From an uncultured Clostridia bacterium (GTDB taxonomy: Bacteria; Bacillota; Clostridia; TANB77; CAG-508): a DNA stretch of 64,000 nt. The notes beneath the pieces were generated by a model. The model worked only from the letters and a program-made list of their open reading frames with translations, did not search any database and was not told the DNA's origin. The stretch covers positions 89,491 through 153,490 of the forward strand of contig CARFUA010000002.1 in assembly GCA_948976265.1 (NCBI GenBank). The letters are read 5' to 3'. The position numbers were made by a program, and so were the translations under genes. Position 1 is the first letter of the stretch. Each line of letters opens with the position of its first letter. Shown here piece by piece: positions 10,454 to 20,929 of this stretch.

Positions 10454-10744
10454 GTAAAAATAGGTAGCTTCTGGCAAAGCTACCTATTTTATATGAAACG
10501 CTTTAATACTTTTATATAATATAGATTTCTTAAATTTCATATATCATATTATATACATTATACCACTTTTTATTATTTTGTCAATATTAAAATAGGTTAT
10601 TCCAAAATATCTCTAATACAAATCATTATCTTCTCCTACAATCTCACCATCACGACTAAACTTTGGATTCATGATTAATAATAATTCCATTTCTCCAGCA
10701 AAAATGAATTTTATCCCTGCTGGAATTTCCACAATATAATATAC

Positions 10745-11743
10745 TTATTCACCTATAATCAATCCTACCTTTCGATAAACCTCATTCACAATTTTATCTG
10801 CTCTTTCTCGTGCTTTTTCAGCACCTTTTTCATAAATTTCCTTCAATTTATCTGGATTTTCTAATAAATCATAATATTTTTCTTGTAACGGCTGTAGCTT
10901 CTTGACAATGGATTCAGCTGTTGTATTTTTAAAATCACCATAACCTTTTCCCGCAAATTCTGCTTCAATTTCTTCCATTGTTTTTCCTTCGATTAAGCCG
11001 TAAATTGTCATCAAATTGCTGACACCTGGCTTATTTTCTTTATCATATCTCACACAATTTTCTGAATCGGTAACCGCTTTTTTTAGCTTTTTTCGAATCT
11101 CATCTGGTGAATCATTTAAGAAAATAACATCATTTAAATTGGTAGTGCTTTTGCTCATTTTGGCTGTTGGTTCTTGCAATCCCATAATTCTAGCACCTTG
11201 TTTTGCAATAAATGGTTCTGGAATCATGAAAGTTTCACCATAAATCGTATTAAATCTTTCAGCAATATCACGCGTAATTTCCAAATGTTGCTTTTGGTCC
11301 TCGCCAACTGGCACCAAATCTGCGTTATAAACCAAAATATCAGACGCCATTAAAACAGGATACGTAAACAATCCACTATTGATATTATCCGCATGTTTTG
11401 CCGATTTATCCTTAAACTGCGTCATACGATTTAGCTCTCCCATATAGGTGTAACAATTCAAAATCCAATTTAATTTCACATGTGCGTCCACTTGTGATTG
11501 CAAAAATATGGTATTTTTTTCTGGATCCAAACCGCTCGCTACATAAATCGCCAAAACTTGCAATGCTCGTTTACGCAAAGTTTCTGGGTCATTTCTAACC
11601 GTTAGAGAATGTAAATCTGCAATCATATAATAACAATCGTATTCTTCCTGCATTTTTATCCAATTATGAATCGCTCCTAAATAATTTCCAAGCGTCAAAT
11701 TTCCCGTTGCTTGAATGCCACTTAATATCGTTTTCTTTTCCAT
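10745..11743 (-). CDS. trpS: tryptophan--tRNA ligase
   Basis: Class I HIGH-like motif (TGNLTLGNYLGA) and KMSKS; 332 aa. Confidence 0.95.
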   Translation of the reverse strand: MEKKTILSGIQATGNLTLGNYLGAIHNWIKMQEEYDCYYMIADLHSLTVRNDPETLRKRALQVLAIYVASGLDPEKNTIFLQSQVDAHVKLNWILNCYTYMGELNRMTQFKDKSAKHADNINSGLFTYPVLMASDILVYNADLVPVGEDQKQHLEITRDIAERFNTIYGETFMIPEPFIAKQGARIMGLQEPTAKMSKSTTNLNDVIFLNDSPDEIRKKLKKAVTDSENCVRYDKENKPGVSNLMTIYGLIEGKTMEEIEAEFAGKGYGDFKNTTAESIVKKLQPLQEKYYDLLENPDKLKEIYEKGAEKARERADKIVNEVYRKVGLIIGE

Positions 11744-11780
11744 TTTCCTATCTCCTTTTCTTTCTTACTTTAAAACAATA

Positions 11781-11834
11781 TTAAGTTTGCCATCGTTTCA
11801 TTCGATGCACTTCTTCAAAAAATGAAATTTTCAT
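11781..11834 (-). CDS. 17-codon upstream ORF in the trpS leader (MKISFFEEVHRMKRWQT*)
   Basis: AAGGAG lies 6 nt before the ATG. A TTGCAT-17-TATAAT promoter is at 11859-11887. The stop is 38 nt before the trpS ATG. A single Trp codon is third from the end. Confidence 0.4.
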   Translation of the reverse strand: MKISFFEEVHRMKRWQT

Positions 11835-12002
11835 GTTTTTCTCCTTTTTAATATATCTATTATACACTATATAGACTGCATATGCAAGTAAAAACATTGA
11901 CTTTTTATGTAAAATATGATATATTCAGCATAATAGCAATATTTAGTATAACTCCTAGTTTCACTTAAAAAGGAGATTATCAACTTAAAAAAGGAGGATT
12001 AT

Positions 12003-12869
12003 ATGGCAGAACTCATTATAACCGATGTAAATGGAAAAGAAAGTATTTTTAATTCAAAATCAGAAAAATGTATTTCAGACTCGGAATTTAGCAATCGGAA
12101 TGACATTCAAAAAATAATCATTCCAGAAGGAATCGTTATTATAGATGATGATGCTTTCGAGTATTGTCAATCTTTAGAAGAAATAACGCTTCCTCAAAGT
12201 CTTCTCGAAATAGCAACGGGCGCATTCAAAGGATGCTCAAAGCTAAAAAAAATAACGCTTCCAACTTATTTAAGACATATCGGTCTCAAAGCATTTAAAT
12301 CGACTGGTCTTAAAATAGTTTCCGTTAGAACTTGTGAAGCCAAAAATGAACCTGAGGTAGATGAATTTTGCTACCCTAAAATCAGTCATGATGCTTTCAC
12401 CGACTGTATCGATTTAACAGAAGTAACAATACCCGATAATATTATTTGGATTGAAGACAACGCATTCCATAACTGTCCAAAATTAAAAAAAGTTACTTTT
12501 CCGCCATCCTTATACTCTATTGGCAGTTTCTGTTTTTCCGGTTGTGCATTAAAAGAAGTTACTTTTCCGGAAACTCTGATTCGTATAAATATCGGCGCAT
12601 TCTCTGACAATCAAAGTTTAGAGGAAATTATCCTTCCTCGTAGTCTAAAAAAAATTGGTGATTCAGCATTTGCACGATCCGGACTGAAAAAAGTTTCTTT
12701 TTCTGCTTCAACTGATAAAGCCATTACCGACAAAGAACTTCTTATATCCAAATCCGCATTCAACGATTGTAAATTTTTAGAAGAATTTACCTTTCCAAAA
12801 GAAGATAAAAAACCGGACTTTTTTATCTTACAAAATTGTCCAAATTTAAAACATATCTTCATTGAGTAA
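12003..12869 (+). CDS. leucine-rich repeat (BspA-like LRR_5) protein
   Basis: Repeated units of IP..L..IG..AF..C..L..I.(F/L)P. Contains an in-frame CGG at 12096-12098 that does not require a frame change. Confidence 0.75.
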   Translation: MAELIITDVNGKESIFNSKSEKCISDSEFSNRNDIQKIIIPEGIVIIDDDAFEYCQSLEEITLPQSLLEIATGAFKGCSKLKKITLPTYLRHIGLKAFKSTGLKIVSVRTCEAKNEPEVDEFCYPKISHDAFTDCIDLTEVTIPDNIIWIEDNAFHNCPKLKKVTFPPSLYSIGSFCFSGCALKEVTFPETLIRINIGAFSDNQSLEEIILPRSLKKIGDSAFARSGLKKVSFSASTDKAITDKELLISKSAFNDCKFLEEFTFPKEDKKPDFFILQNCPNLKHIFIE

Positions 12870-12883
12870 GCACTACGCCATAT

Positions 12884-12915
12884 AAAAAAAGCCAGTTCCC
12901 TTGGACTGGCTTTTG
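12884..12915. terminator. bidirectional terminator between the LRR gene and typA
   Basis: A7-AGCCAGT-loop-ACTGGCT-T4. Confidence 0.7.
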
Positions 12916-12924
12916 TCTATTATT

Positions 12925-14743
12925 TTAACTTCTTCTTGCTGCTCTTTCTCTTTCCTTATTATTCAAAATCTTCTTTCTCAAACGAATTGATTTTGGTGTT
13001 ACTTCCACAAGTTCGTCTTCTTGGATAAATTCAATCGCTTGTTCCAAACTCATTTGAATTGGCGGAACCAATCTTAATGCTTCGTCAGAACCAGATGCTC
13101 TCGTATTTGTCAAATGTTTTTCCTTACAAACATTAATCGCCAAATCTTCGCCTCTTGAATTCAATCCCACAATCATTCCTTCATACACTTCTACACCAGG
13201 TCCAATAAATAATTCCCCTTTATCCTGTGCATTAAATAAACCATATGTGATTGATTTACCATTTTCAAAAGCAATAATCGTTCCTCTCGTACGTGCTTGA
13301 ATATCACCTTTAAATGGTTCATAGCTATCAAAAATATGATTCATGGTGCCTTCTCCTTTGGTATCTGTCAAAAATTCCGTTCTGTAACCAATAATACCAC
13401 GTGCTGGAATTCTGAATTCAATTTTGGTATGCCCAGCTTCGGCTGGTTCCATATTCGTCATTTCTGCTTTTCTTCTACCCAATTTTTCAATCACATTTCC
13501 CACACAATCATCTGGCACATTGACCACCAACAATTCCATTGGCTCACATTTCACACCATCAATTTCCTTGAAAATAACTTTCGGTCTAGAAACAATCAAT
13601 TCATAACCTTCTCTTCTCATATTTTCAATCAAAACTGATAAATGCAACTCGCCTCTTCCGTGATACTTCAAAACTATCTGCCGAATCCGTTTCTTTTACA
13701 CGAAGACTGACATTTCTGTCAAGTTCTTTAAATAATCGGTCACGTAAATGTCTTGAAGTAATAAACTCGCCTTCCTTTCCTGCAAAAGGTCCATTATTTA
13801 CACTAAATGTCATCGAAACAGTTGGTTCATCAATATTGACAAATGGGATTTTTTCAGGATTATTATAATCGCAAATCGTATCTCCAATATTAATGTCATT
13901 CACACCAGATAAAGCAATAATATCACCCGCTTCAGCACTTTCTACTTCGATTCTCTTCAAGCCTTCATACGTATTTAATTTCGTTACTCGGCTATTCAAA
14001 ATCTTATCTTCATCTTTACAAATTGCAACTGCTTGCCCTACTTCAATCGTTCCTCTTTCCACTCTTCCAATCGCAATTCTTCCTACATAATCATCATAAT
14101 CAATATTCGAAACTAACATTTGCATGGTTCCCTCTAAATCGCATTTTGGTGGTTCGATTGTGTTAATAATAGTTTCAAACAAACATTGCAAATCTTCACC
14201 AGGCTTGTTCAAATCCAAAGTCGCAATTCCGTTTTTAGCAGAAGCATAAACAACCGGGAATTCTAATTGGTCATCATCTGCTCCTAAGTCAATAAATAAT
14301 TCTAAAACATCATCTACCACTTTCAATGGTTGAGAACCTGGACGGTCAATTTTATTAATTACAACAATTGGTTTTAATTTCAGTGCCAAAGATTTTTTCA
14401 AAACTTCTCTCGTTTGAGGCATTGCACCTTCAAAAGCATCCACTAACAACACAACCCCATCTACCATTTTTAAAACACGTTCTACTTCTCCACCAAAATC
14501 AGCGTGTCCTGGTGTATCAACAATATTGATTTTAATATCTTTATATTGAACAGCTGTATTTTTCGAAAGAATCGTGATTCCTCTTTCCTTTTCTAAATCG
14601 TTCGAATCCATAACTCTTTCTTGTACTTGTTCATTACTTCTAAAAATTCCACTTTGTCTAAGCATAGCATCAACCATGGTTGTTTTTCCGTGGTCAACAT
14701 GGGCAATAATTGCTACATTTCTGATTTTTTCATTGATTTTCAT
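12925..14743 (-). CDS. typA: translational GTPase TypA/BipA; needs +1 shift at CGG 13658-13660
   Basis: [17 protein letters not shown] and NKIDR motifs. The 0 frame ends ...[17 protein letters not shown]. The +1 frame continues [21 protein letters not shown]..., restoring the invariant VSGRGELHL junction. Confidence 0.9.
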
Positions 14744-14825
14744 TTTCTTCTTTCCTTTCTGCGTTTTACCGTTTACAAAGGCACGATACCTCGTGCCCTT
14801 ACTAATTTAACTTTAATATTATATC

Positions 14826-15437
14826 TTATATTTGCATGTTTGTCAATGCAATAATTTTTTCTTTTAATTCTTCACTTACTTTATCTTCGATGTCTCTATC
14901 TATTTTTCCTGAACTATATTTTGAAAAATCCAATGGTTCTCCATAAATAATTGTATTTTTAGTAAATGGTTTTGCTAGTCCTTGAATCCCAATTGGTACA
15001 ATTTTAGCTCCTGTTTTTAAAGCCATATAAGATGCACCATTTTTCAATTTCCCCTCATTTTTCTCCATTCCATTACGCGTTCCTTCTGGAAAAATACCAA
15101 TGCATCCACCATTTTTCAATATTTTCATAGCACTTTTTAAAGAACCAATATCTTTATTATCTCTTTTCACCCAAATTCCATCAAATGTAAAACATAAAAA
15201 CCTTATAAATGGATTGTTTTTTAATTCCTCTTTTGCCATAAAACTCATTTTTCTTCCTGCTGTTACTGTAATTAATGGCGGATCCAAATAGGTCCTATGA
15301 TTTCCACAAAACAGAAGCGCGCCCTCTTTTGGCACATTTTCTTTCCCCACAATTTTGATTCGATACACAAATTTGCAATACCAAAAAATGGAAAATGCTA
15401 CAATTACTCTTAATATCTTTCTTAAAATCTTTTTCAT
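14826..15437 (-). CDS. plsC: 1-acyl-sn-glycerol-3-phosphate acyltransferase
   Basis: NHRTYLDP (HX4D) and FPEGTR motifs. Confidence 0.85.
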   Translation of the reverse strand: MKKILRKILRVIVAFSIFWYCKFVYRIKIVGKENVPKEGALLFCGNHRTYLDPPLITVTAGRKMSFMAKEELKNNPFIRFLCFTFDGIWVKRDNKDIGSLKSAMKILKNGGCIGIFPEGTRNGMEKNEGKLKNGASYMALKTGAKIVPIGIQGLAKPFTKNTIIYGEPLDFSKYSSGKIDRDIEDKVSEELKEKIIALTNMQI

Positions 15438-15561
15438 ATTCTTCCCTTTTTATTAATTTTTTTATATTTTATAACAAAACTGGAAAAATTTCAATATAAA
15501 ATTTTCAAAGATACAAAAAACCAAGCTACTTGTATTACACAAAGCTCGGTTTTTTATCAAA

Positions 15562-16353
15562 CTACTCTACCGTAGATATTTCAATTTTCTCAATCACAAC
15601 ATCTTCTGTTGGTTTATCCGAATTATCTGTTTGAACACCAGCAATTTTATCAACTACTTCCATGCCTTCATAAACTTGTCCAAAAACAGTATATTGTTGA
15701 TACAAGCTCAAAATATCTCCACCATATTTCTTATATTGCTCTATTAGTTCTTCTGAATGCCCTTGTGCCTTCATATAACTTACCATTTGTTCACTATAAT
15801 TTCTTTGCGTAATAAAAAATTGGCTTCCCAAACTTGGACTATTTTGCAAACCTCTACTTGCCATACACAATGAACCTCTATAAGGTACTAACTCTGGTGA
15901 TAATTCCTCTTCAAAATCCTTTTTCCAAATGCTCTCTCCACCCATTCCAGTTCCTTCTGGGTCACCACCTTGAATCATAAATTCGTTGATTACACGATGA
16001 AACGTCACACCATTATAATAGCCATCTTTTGCATGTGTCACAAAATTTTCAACTGCCTTTGGCGCTACTTCCTTAAAAAATTTCACTTTTACTTCCCCGT
16101 AATTTTTAATATAAAATGTTGCTATCGTCTCTCCTGAAACTGGTGCAGCCATTTGTTTTTCTGCTGCTTCGGCATAATTCACATTCACTTTTGTTTCCTC
16201 CTTCTCACTTTTTTTGGTTGTATTGCTCATATTGGTAGCCTTGTTGGACACTTTATTCGAAGTCGTGTTTTCCTTAGATTCCTTTTCATCACATCCTGTC
16301 AAAACCAAAAGCAATATCAACATAACACCTAAAAAACTGATTATTTTTTTCAA
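15562..16353 (-). CDS. cyclophilin-type peptidyl-prolyl isomerase, lipoprotein
   Basis: FHRVINEFMIQGGDP and the cyclophilin core. Start is probably TTG 16353, 8 nt after AAGGAGG, giving a lipobox signal KKIISFLGVMLILLLVLTGC. ATG 16371 is an alternative start. Confidence 0.8.
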   Translation of the reverse strand: MKKIISFLGVMLILLLVLTGCDEKESKENTTSNKVSNKATNMSNTTKKSEKEETKVNVNYAEAAEKQMAAPVSGETIATFYIKNYGEVKVKFFKEVAPKAVENFVTHAKDGYYNGVTFHRVINEFMIQGGDPEGTGMGGESIWKKDFEEELSPELVPYRGSLCMASRGLQNSPSLGSQFFITQRNYSEQMVSYMKAQGHSEELIEQYKKYGGDILSLYQQYTVFGQVYEGMEVVDKIAGVQTDNSDKPTEDVVIEKIEISTVE

Positions 16354-16502
16354 ACTTTTCGCCTCCTTCATTTCGTATATATTATACCAATTTAGATAAA
16401 AAATCAATGGCAAACTTAAATAAATTTAATTTTATTTAAAAGTTTACTTGTTCCTACACAAATATCGTAATCATCTCTCAAGCCTATCTCTTCTTAAGCA
16501 TT

Positions 16503-17007
16503 TCATTTATCAAAATACGTACTTGTTTCTTGCAGATTCTCAAACCTCTGTTGTCTTAAAATTTCATACGTAATAATCGCAACTGAATTCGATAAATTTA
16601 ACGACCTTAATGCTGGTAGCATTGGTATTCTTATTGTTTTTGTATCTAAATATTTTTCTAACAATCCCTCTGGTAATCCTTTTGTCTCTTTTCCATACAA
16701 AACAAAAACTTCTTCCATTTCTGCATAATCTATATCTGTATACTTCGTCTTCCCTTTTGTTGTGGCAAAAAACATATTATGGCTTTCAGCTGGATACCTT
16801 TTTAAAAACTCTTCCAATGAATCATGCTCTTCCATCTCTATTTTATCCCAATAATCTAATCCAGCCCTTTTCAATGATTTTTCATCTATTCTAAAACCTA
16901 GTGGATGTACTAAATGCAATTTTGAACCTGTTATTGCACAAGTTCTTGCAATATTTCCGCGTATTTTGAGGAATTTCTGGTTCTACCAAAACAACATGTA
17001 ATTTCAT
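16503..17007 (-). CDS. trmL: tRNA (cytidine/uridine-2'-O)-methyltransferase TrmL; needs +1 shift at CGG 16957-16959
   Basis: ATG 17007 gives MKLHVVLVEPEIPQNT, then CGG. The +1 frame reads GNIARTCAITGSKLHLVHPLGF..., restoring the SpoU/TrmL motif PQNTGNIARTC. Confidence 0.85.
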
Positions 17008-17147
17008 TTTTTACCTTCTTTCTTTTCTTTCTATTGTAAAGGTATTTTTTTATAAAATCAAGTGTTTTGTAAGAATTTTTTAATCCTAGTCTTTTCCTAT
17101 AAAAAACAGCCTTATGAACCAACTCATAAAACTGTTCTCCCTATCCC

Positions 17148-17924
17148 TTAAAACGCTTCCCCCAAACGATAATAATACGACTCCACGCCATCAATCAAAC
17201 TTTCCACATAAACCGTATTTTCATTTTGCTCCTCAATCATCAAATTAGGATATGTTTTTAACATTTTTTCATCATTATAATAATCATTAACAAAACGAGC
17301 AAAATTTCTACCCGATTGAATTTTCGCATACTCTTTTTGAATTTCCTTTTTATCCATCACATTCAAATTATTTTCAGTCGAAATACGATAATAAAATACT
17401 TTTAAAGCATAACCTGTAAGCGTTGCATCAACTGTAAAAAATGCAATCAACAAAACCGTTGCTACTTTAAACATCATTTTTCTTTGTTTTAATTCTTCAA
17501 TCCATCGGTCAACCTGTGGATTCACCCATTTCATCAATACAATTGCTAAAAATCCCCAGGAAACTGCAAAAAATAGGCAGGTTCTCCCCGCTATATTCAA
17601 GAAAAAATCGGAATAATCCCACCATTTTACTCCAAAAAATTTCTCGCAAAAAAAGCTCATCGCATATTCCACAATTGCTCCAATCACAGCGCCTCCCAAA
17701 AACAATTTCAACGGATTTTTCTGGTTCTTAAGTCCCAATATCATCGCAATGGCTCCAATCCCATAAATTGCACAAAACGGTCCATACAAAAAGCTCTTTC
17801 GGCTTTCTACCACACCTTTCGTAAAAATTCCAAACACCGTTTCAATCACAAACCCTGCTATACTATATAAAATCAAATAAATACAAACCGTCCAAATATC
17901 GGTTTTTTTTCTCGTTTCTTCCAT
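17148..17924 (-). CDS. polytopic membrane protein (putative ABC-transporter type IV / CmpB-like family)
   Basis: Start ATG 17924 follows AAAGGAGG. There are 5-6 TM segments (IYLILYSIAGFVIETVFG...). Confidence 0.5.
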   Translation of the reverse strand: MEETRKKTDIWTVCIYLILYSIAGFVIETVFGIFTKGVVESRKSFLYGPFCAIYGIGAIAMILGLKNQKNPLKLFLGGAVIGAIVEYAMSFFCEKFFGVKWWDYSDFFLNIAGRTCLFFAVSWGFLAIVLMKWVNPQVDRWIEELKQRKMMFKVATVLLIAFFTVDATLTGYALKVFYYRISTENNLNVMDKKEIQKEYAKIQSGRNFARFVNDYYNDEKMLKTYPNLMIEEQNENTVYVESLIDGVESYYYRLGEAF

Positions 17925-17996
17925 ACGTGAATCCTCCTTTTGCACTAGTATTCCTAGTTCGCAAAAAAATATTCACACAATAACCAACTTTAAAAT

Positions 17997-18365
17997 TTAT
18001 TTTCCTGCCACAAAATATTTCATCACTAGAAAAAAAACACCCAAAAGTATCAAAATAATAGCTCCTACATTACTCTCTGTACTTTTAAATTTATTAGGAT
18101 TCGCTGGATCATAATATACCTCTGTTTTTCCACCTTTACACATACCAGAACTGTAATTATCCAACCTTCCGCCATAAAGTTTTCCATCTACTTCAAATTC
18201 CACATCCACAATATAACGCTCAACCCCTTCCGAATTTCGATCCACTTGAATCTCTGTAATCGTTGCTGTAGTGCGTATTGCCTTTTTCTTAAACTGCCTA
18301 GCAAATTGATAATATATCATTCCACTCACAATCAAACCTATCCCGATAATATTAAAAATCCCCAT
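17997..18365 (-). CDS. DUF3592-like membrane protein
   Basis: TM segment, then a beta-rich core (ATITEIQVD...YYDPANP), then a TM segment. Confidence 0.5.
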   Translation of the reverse strand: MGIFNIIGIGLIVSGMIYYQFARQFKKKAIRTTATITEIQVDRNSEGVERYIVDVEFEVDGKLYGGRLDNYSSGMCKGGKTEVYYDPANPNKFKSTESNVGAIILILLGVFFLVMKYFVAGK

Positions 18366-18388
18366 TTTCACCATTCCTCCTAATTTAT

Positions 18389-18964
18389 TTAAAGAAGATT
18401 ATTTTCCTTCAAAATACTATAAACTCGATTAATCGGAAATCCCAACGCTGTTGGATAATCCCCTTCGATTTTATCCACAAAAACAGCAAACTGTGACTGA
18501 ATTGCATACGCACCCGCACAATAAAACGGTCTTTCCGTATCCACATAAGCTTCAATTTCCTCTTCTGTCATTTCTCTGATAAAAACTTTTACCTTATGCA
18601 ATTCTTTGTATTCTTTATATTTCCCCTGTTCTTCAATTAAAATCGCAATACTTGTATAAATAAAATGAGCTCGTCCTTGCAACATCCTCAACATCTGAAT
18701 GGCTTCTTCACGATTTTGTGGTTTGCCAAATTGCTTTTCCTCCACAATTACCAAAGTATCCGCCCCAATAATTGTACGGTCCCCTTGTGTATTTTCAAAA
18801 ATATCCTTCGCCTTACCATAAGCAATTTCTTGAGATTGTTCTTCATAACTCAAATCAGTATCTACCTTTTCATCAAAACTACTTACCATACATTCATAAT
18901 CAATTTTCGCCAATTCCATCAAATCTCTTCTTCTAGGCGAACCAGATGCTAAAATTATCTTCAT
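18389..18964 (-). CDS. maf: Maf-family nucleoside triphosphate pyrophosphatase
   Basis: MKIILASGSPRR ... GADTLV ... GAYAIQ motifs. Confidence 0.9.
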   Translation of the reverse strand: MKIILASGSPRRRDLMELAKIDYECMVSSFDEKVDTDLSYEEQSQEIAYGKAKDIFENTQGDRTIIGADTLVIVEEKQFGKPQNREEAIQMLRMLQGRAHFIYTSIAILIEEQGKYKEYKELHKVKVFIREMTEEEIEAYVDTERPFYCAGAYAIQSQFAVFVDKIEGDYPTALGFPINRVYSILKENNLL

Positions 18965-19099
18965 TTTTTACCTCCTACCTATTCTTTTCCCAAACTTATG
19001 TATATTTCCGTTTTCTCTTTTTTTATCCATTAAATTATATCCCATAAAATCTATCTTTGCAACATCTTTCTTAAAATTATTGGACCAATCCATTTTGCC

Positions 19100-19330
19100 A
19101 TTCCTTCTTAAAAATACCTAAAAATTATTCTACGCCATTTTCCCCCTTTGATAGTGTTTTATGTATACTTTTTATTTTCTAGCACCTTCTCGACCTTTTA
19201 AACGCTTCCTTCGTTTTTCCTTTTCCTCATGCCACCTATTTTTATGCCTCTAAAAAATCCAGAAAAATACCATAAATTGATTTATTTCGAATTTTAGCGA
19301 TTTATCATTAAAATTTAAAATAAATCGATT
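19100..19330 (+). repeat. dispersed intergenic repeat, copy 2 of 3
   Basis: See copy 1. About 75-80% identity by eye over about 215 bp, including GCCACCTATTTTTATGCCTCTAAAAAATCCAGAAAAATACCATAAATTGATTTATTT. Confidence 0.75.
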
Positions 19331-19449
19331 AAAATGCGTTTTATCGTCTTTACGATTATTCACAAAAACTTAAATTCAACTTTTCAAATCCAAAATTTCT
19401 CTGCCCTTTTTAGCCACCTAAATTATCACCTTCGTAAATTTTGCCAATC

Positions 19450-19478
19450 TTGACTATTTTATGTAAATATGGTATAAT
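19450..19478 (+). promoter_or_regulatory. sigma-A type promoter TTGACT-17-TATAAT (extended -10 TG) for the secreted-protein gene
   Basis: TTGACT at 19450-19455, TATAAT at 19473-19478. The spacer TTTTATGTAAATATG is shared with the promoters at 11897 and 44151. Confidence 0.6.
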
Positions 19479-19596
19479 ATATGAAGGTTTTTATATTTAT
19501 TTTTGTTCCAGACTTCTAGAACAAGGCTTGGAGAATAAAATATAAAACCGCACAAAAAAAATGTCCTGCGGGACCACATTAAAAGGAGGTCACATC

Positions 19597-20811
19597 ATGA
19601 TGACAAAAACAAAAAAAATCTTAATGGCAATCTTAGTTATTGCAATGACACTTGTAGCCCTTTCACAACCAGTCAACGCAGCCTCCGCGACTTCGCCATA
19701 CTGCCGGATAAGCTATGACACAAGTATGGGATGTAATACCGTAAAATATTACTCCTATATAAAAGGCATTGCACAATATGATGCAAGCCGGCTGGTCAAG
19801 TTTTACGATGGTAAAGTCTTGCTTGGAACAAGTGAGACCGTTGTAACAACAAATCATAAGCTAGGAACCAATCCTAGCTGGATTACTGACGGTAGCTTTT
19901 TGATTTGGCAAGAAGCCGATGCAGATTTGAGCCTTTGCGCTCGCGGTTATTCCGATGGAATCAATCGTACAATTGCAACAGGCGTTACCTCCATCAGCTT
20001 AAACGCCGAAAGCATGGTTGAAACTGTAAGCTTTGCTGATGGTACAAGCAAATCTATCAAGGATTTACTTGGTAGTACCTCATCTGCTCCAGCTCCAACT
20101 CCAGTTCCTGTCCCAGTCCCAACGCCAGCTCCAGTTACTACAACCCCACCCGCCATCAAAGAATGGACTGATTCTGTGAATCGTGACCATTTCAAATTTG
20201 GCAAAAATGAATTAATCGTTGATGGTAAAAAAATTTATCTTAACGATTACCTTATTTCAGAATTATGCAACTCTGGCGTAAGGTTTGTGGGAATTGACAA
20301 TCAAAACCGAGTTTATCTGTATGAAGATAGGTCGGCTTGTTTCTATCGGTTTAACACAAAAAATATCTTTAAACCGATAAAAATGAAATTTGCCACTGGT
20401 GCCAAACTTTTGTCTGTGGAAAAGAATTCCAACGGCTATATAACAAAAGTTGTTACTTCTGCTGGTACATTTAGTATTAAACAGCTGGTAGCAGACAAAA
20501 AATGGTACCCCAAAAAGAGCTATGTCATGAATAAGCACGGATACTGCGTTTATTACATGTCAGAAAGTTCAAAAACTTATACCCTTACTATCAAAGGAAA
20601 TAATCTATACCTTGGCAAAAAACTGATTGTAAAAGGTATTTCTCGAAAAACCGATTCCTTTGGTTTCAAAGGCAAGTATATCCGTTATATTAAAAACGGA
20701 TATGATTGTCAGGTAAAGATTAGCAATCCCAAAAAAGTGACCATCCTAAAAAAAGGAGTTAAAAAATATACTTACTCCAAAAAAGATGGCACTGTTAAAA
20801 AAGCAAAATAA
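19597..20811 (+). CDS. secreted protein of unknown function (signal peptide, Pro/Thr-rich linker)
   Basis: AAAGGAGG lies 7 nt before ATG 19597. Signal peptide is MMTKTKKILMAILVIAMTLVALSQPVNA. Linker is APAPTPVPVPVPTPAPVTTTPP. The 5' half is locally GC-richer. Three in-frame CGG codons (19705, 19789, 20347) need no frame change. Confidence 0.7.
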   Translation: MMTKTKKILMAILVIAMTLVALSQPVNAASATSPYCRISYDTSMGCNTVKYYSYIKGIAQYDASRLVKFYDGKVLLGTSETVVTTNHKLGTNPSWITDGSFLIWQEADADLSLCARGYSDGINRTIATGVTSISLNAESMVETVSFADGTSKSIKDLLGSTSSAPAPTPVPVPVPTPAPVTTTPPAIKEWTDSVNRDHFKFGKNELIVDGKKIYLNDYLISELCNSGVRFVGIDNQNRVYLYEDRSACFYRFNTKNIFKPIKMKFATGAKLLSVEKNSNGYITKVVTSAGTFSIKQLVADKKWYPKKSYVMNKHGYCVYYMSESSKTYTLTIKGNNLYLGKKLIVKGISRKTDSFGFKGKYIRYIKNGYDCQVKISNPKKVTILKKGVKKYTYSKKDGTVKKAK

Positions 20812-20929
20812 TCTCCAAGTCACAATAAGAAACCCGAAACAGCAATTCGTTTCGGGTTTCTTCCCTTTTCTTTCATAAATTCTTTACTATTTTCACAAAA
20901 TAGATTAAAATAGAAAAAGAGGTAAATTT

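Noticed and set aside
11744-11900. T-box or other known riboswitch upstream of trpS (and upstream of aspS at 40309-40458)
   Set aside because: No GGTGGTACCGCG-like T-box core or antiterminator is present. Only a short uORF (trpS) or a plain leader (aspS) is visible.
16931-17122. 63-aa track ORF upstream of trmL
   Set aside because: It is an out-of-frame reading across the real trmL start region. The ATG at 17007 with PQNT-GNIARTC explains this DNA.
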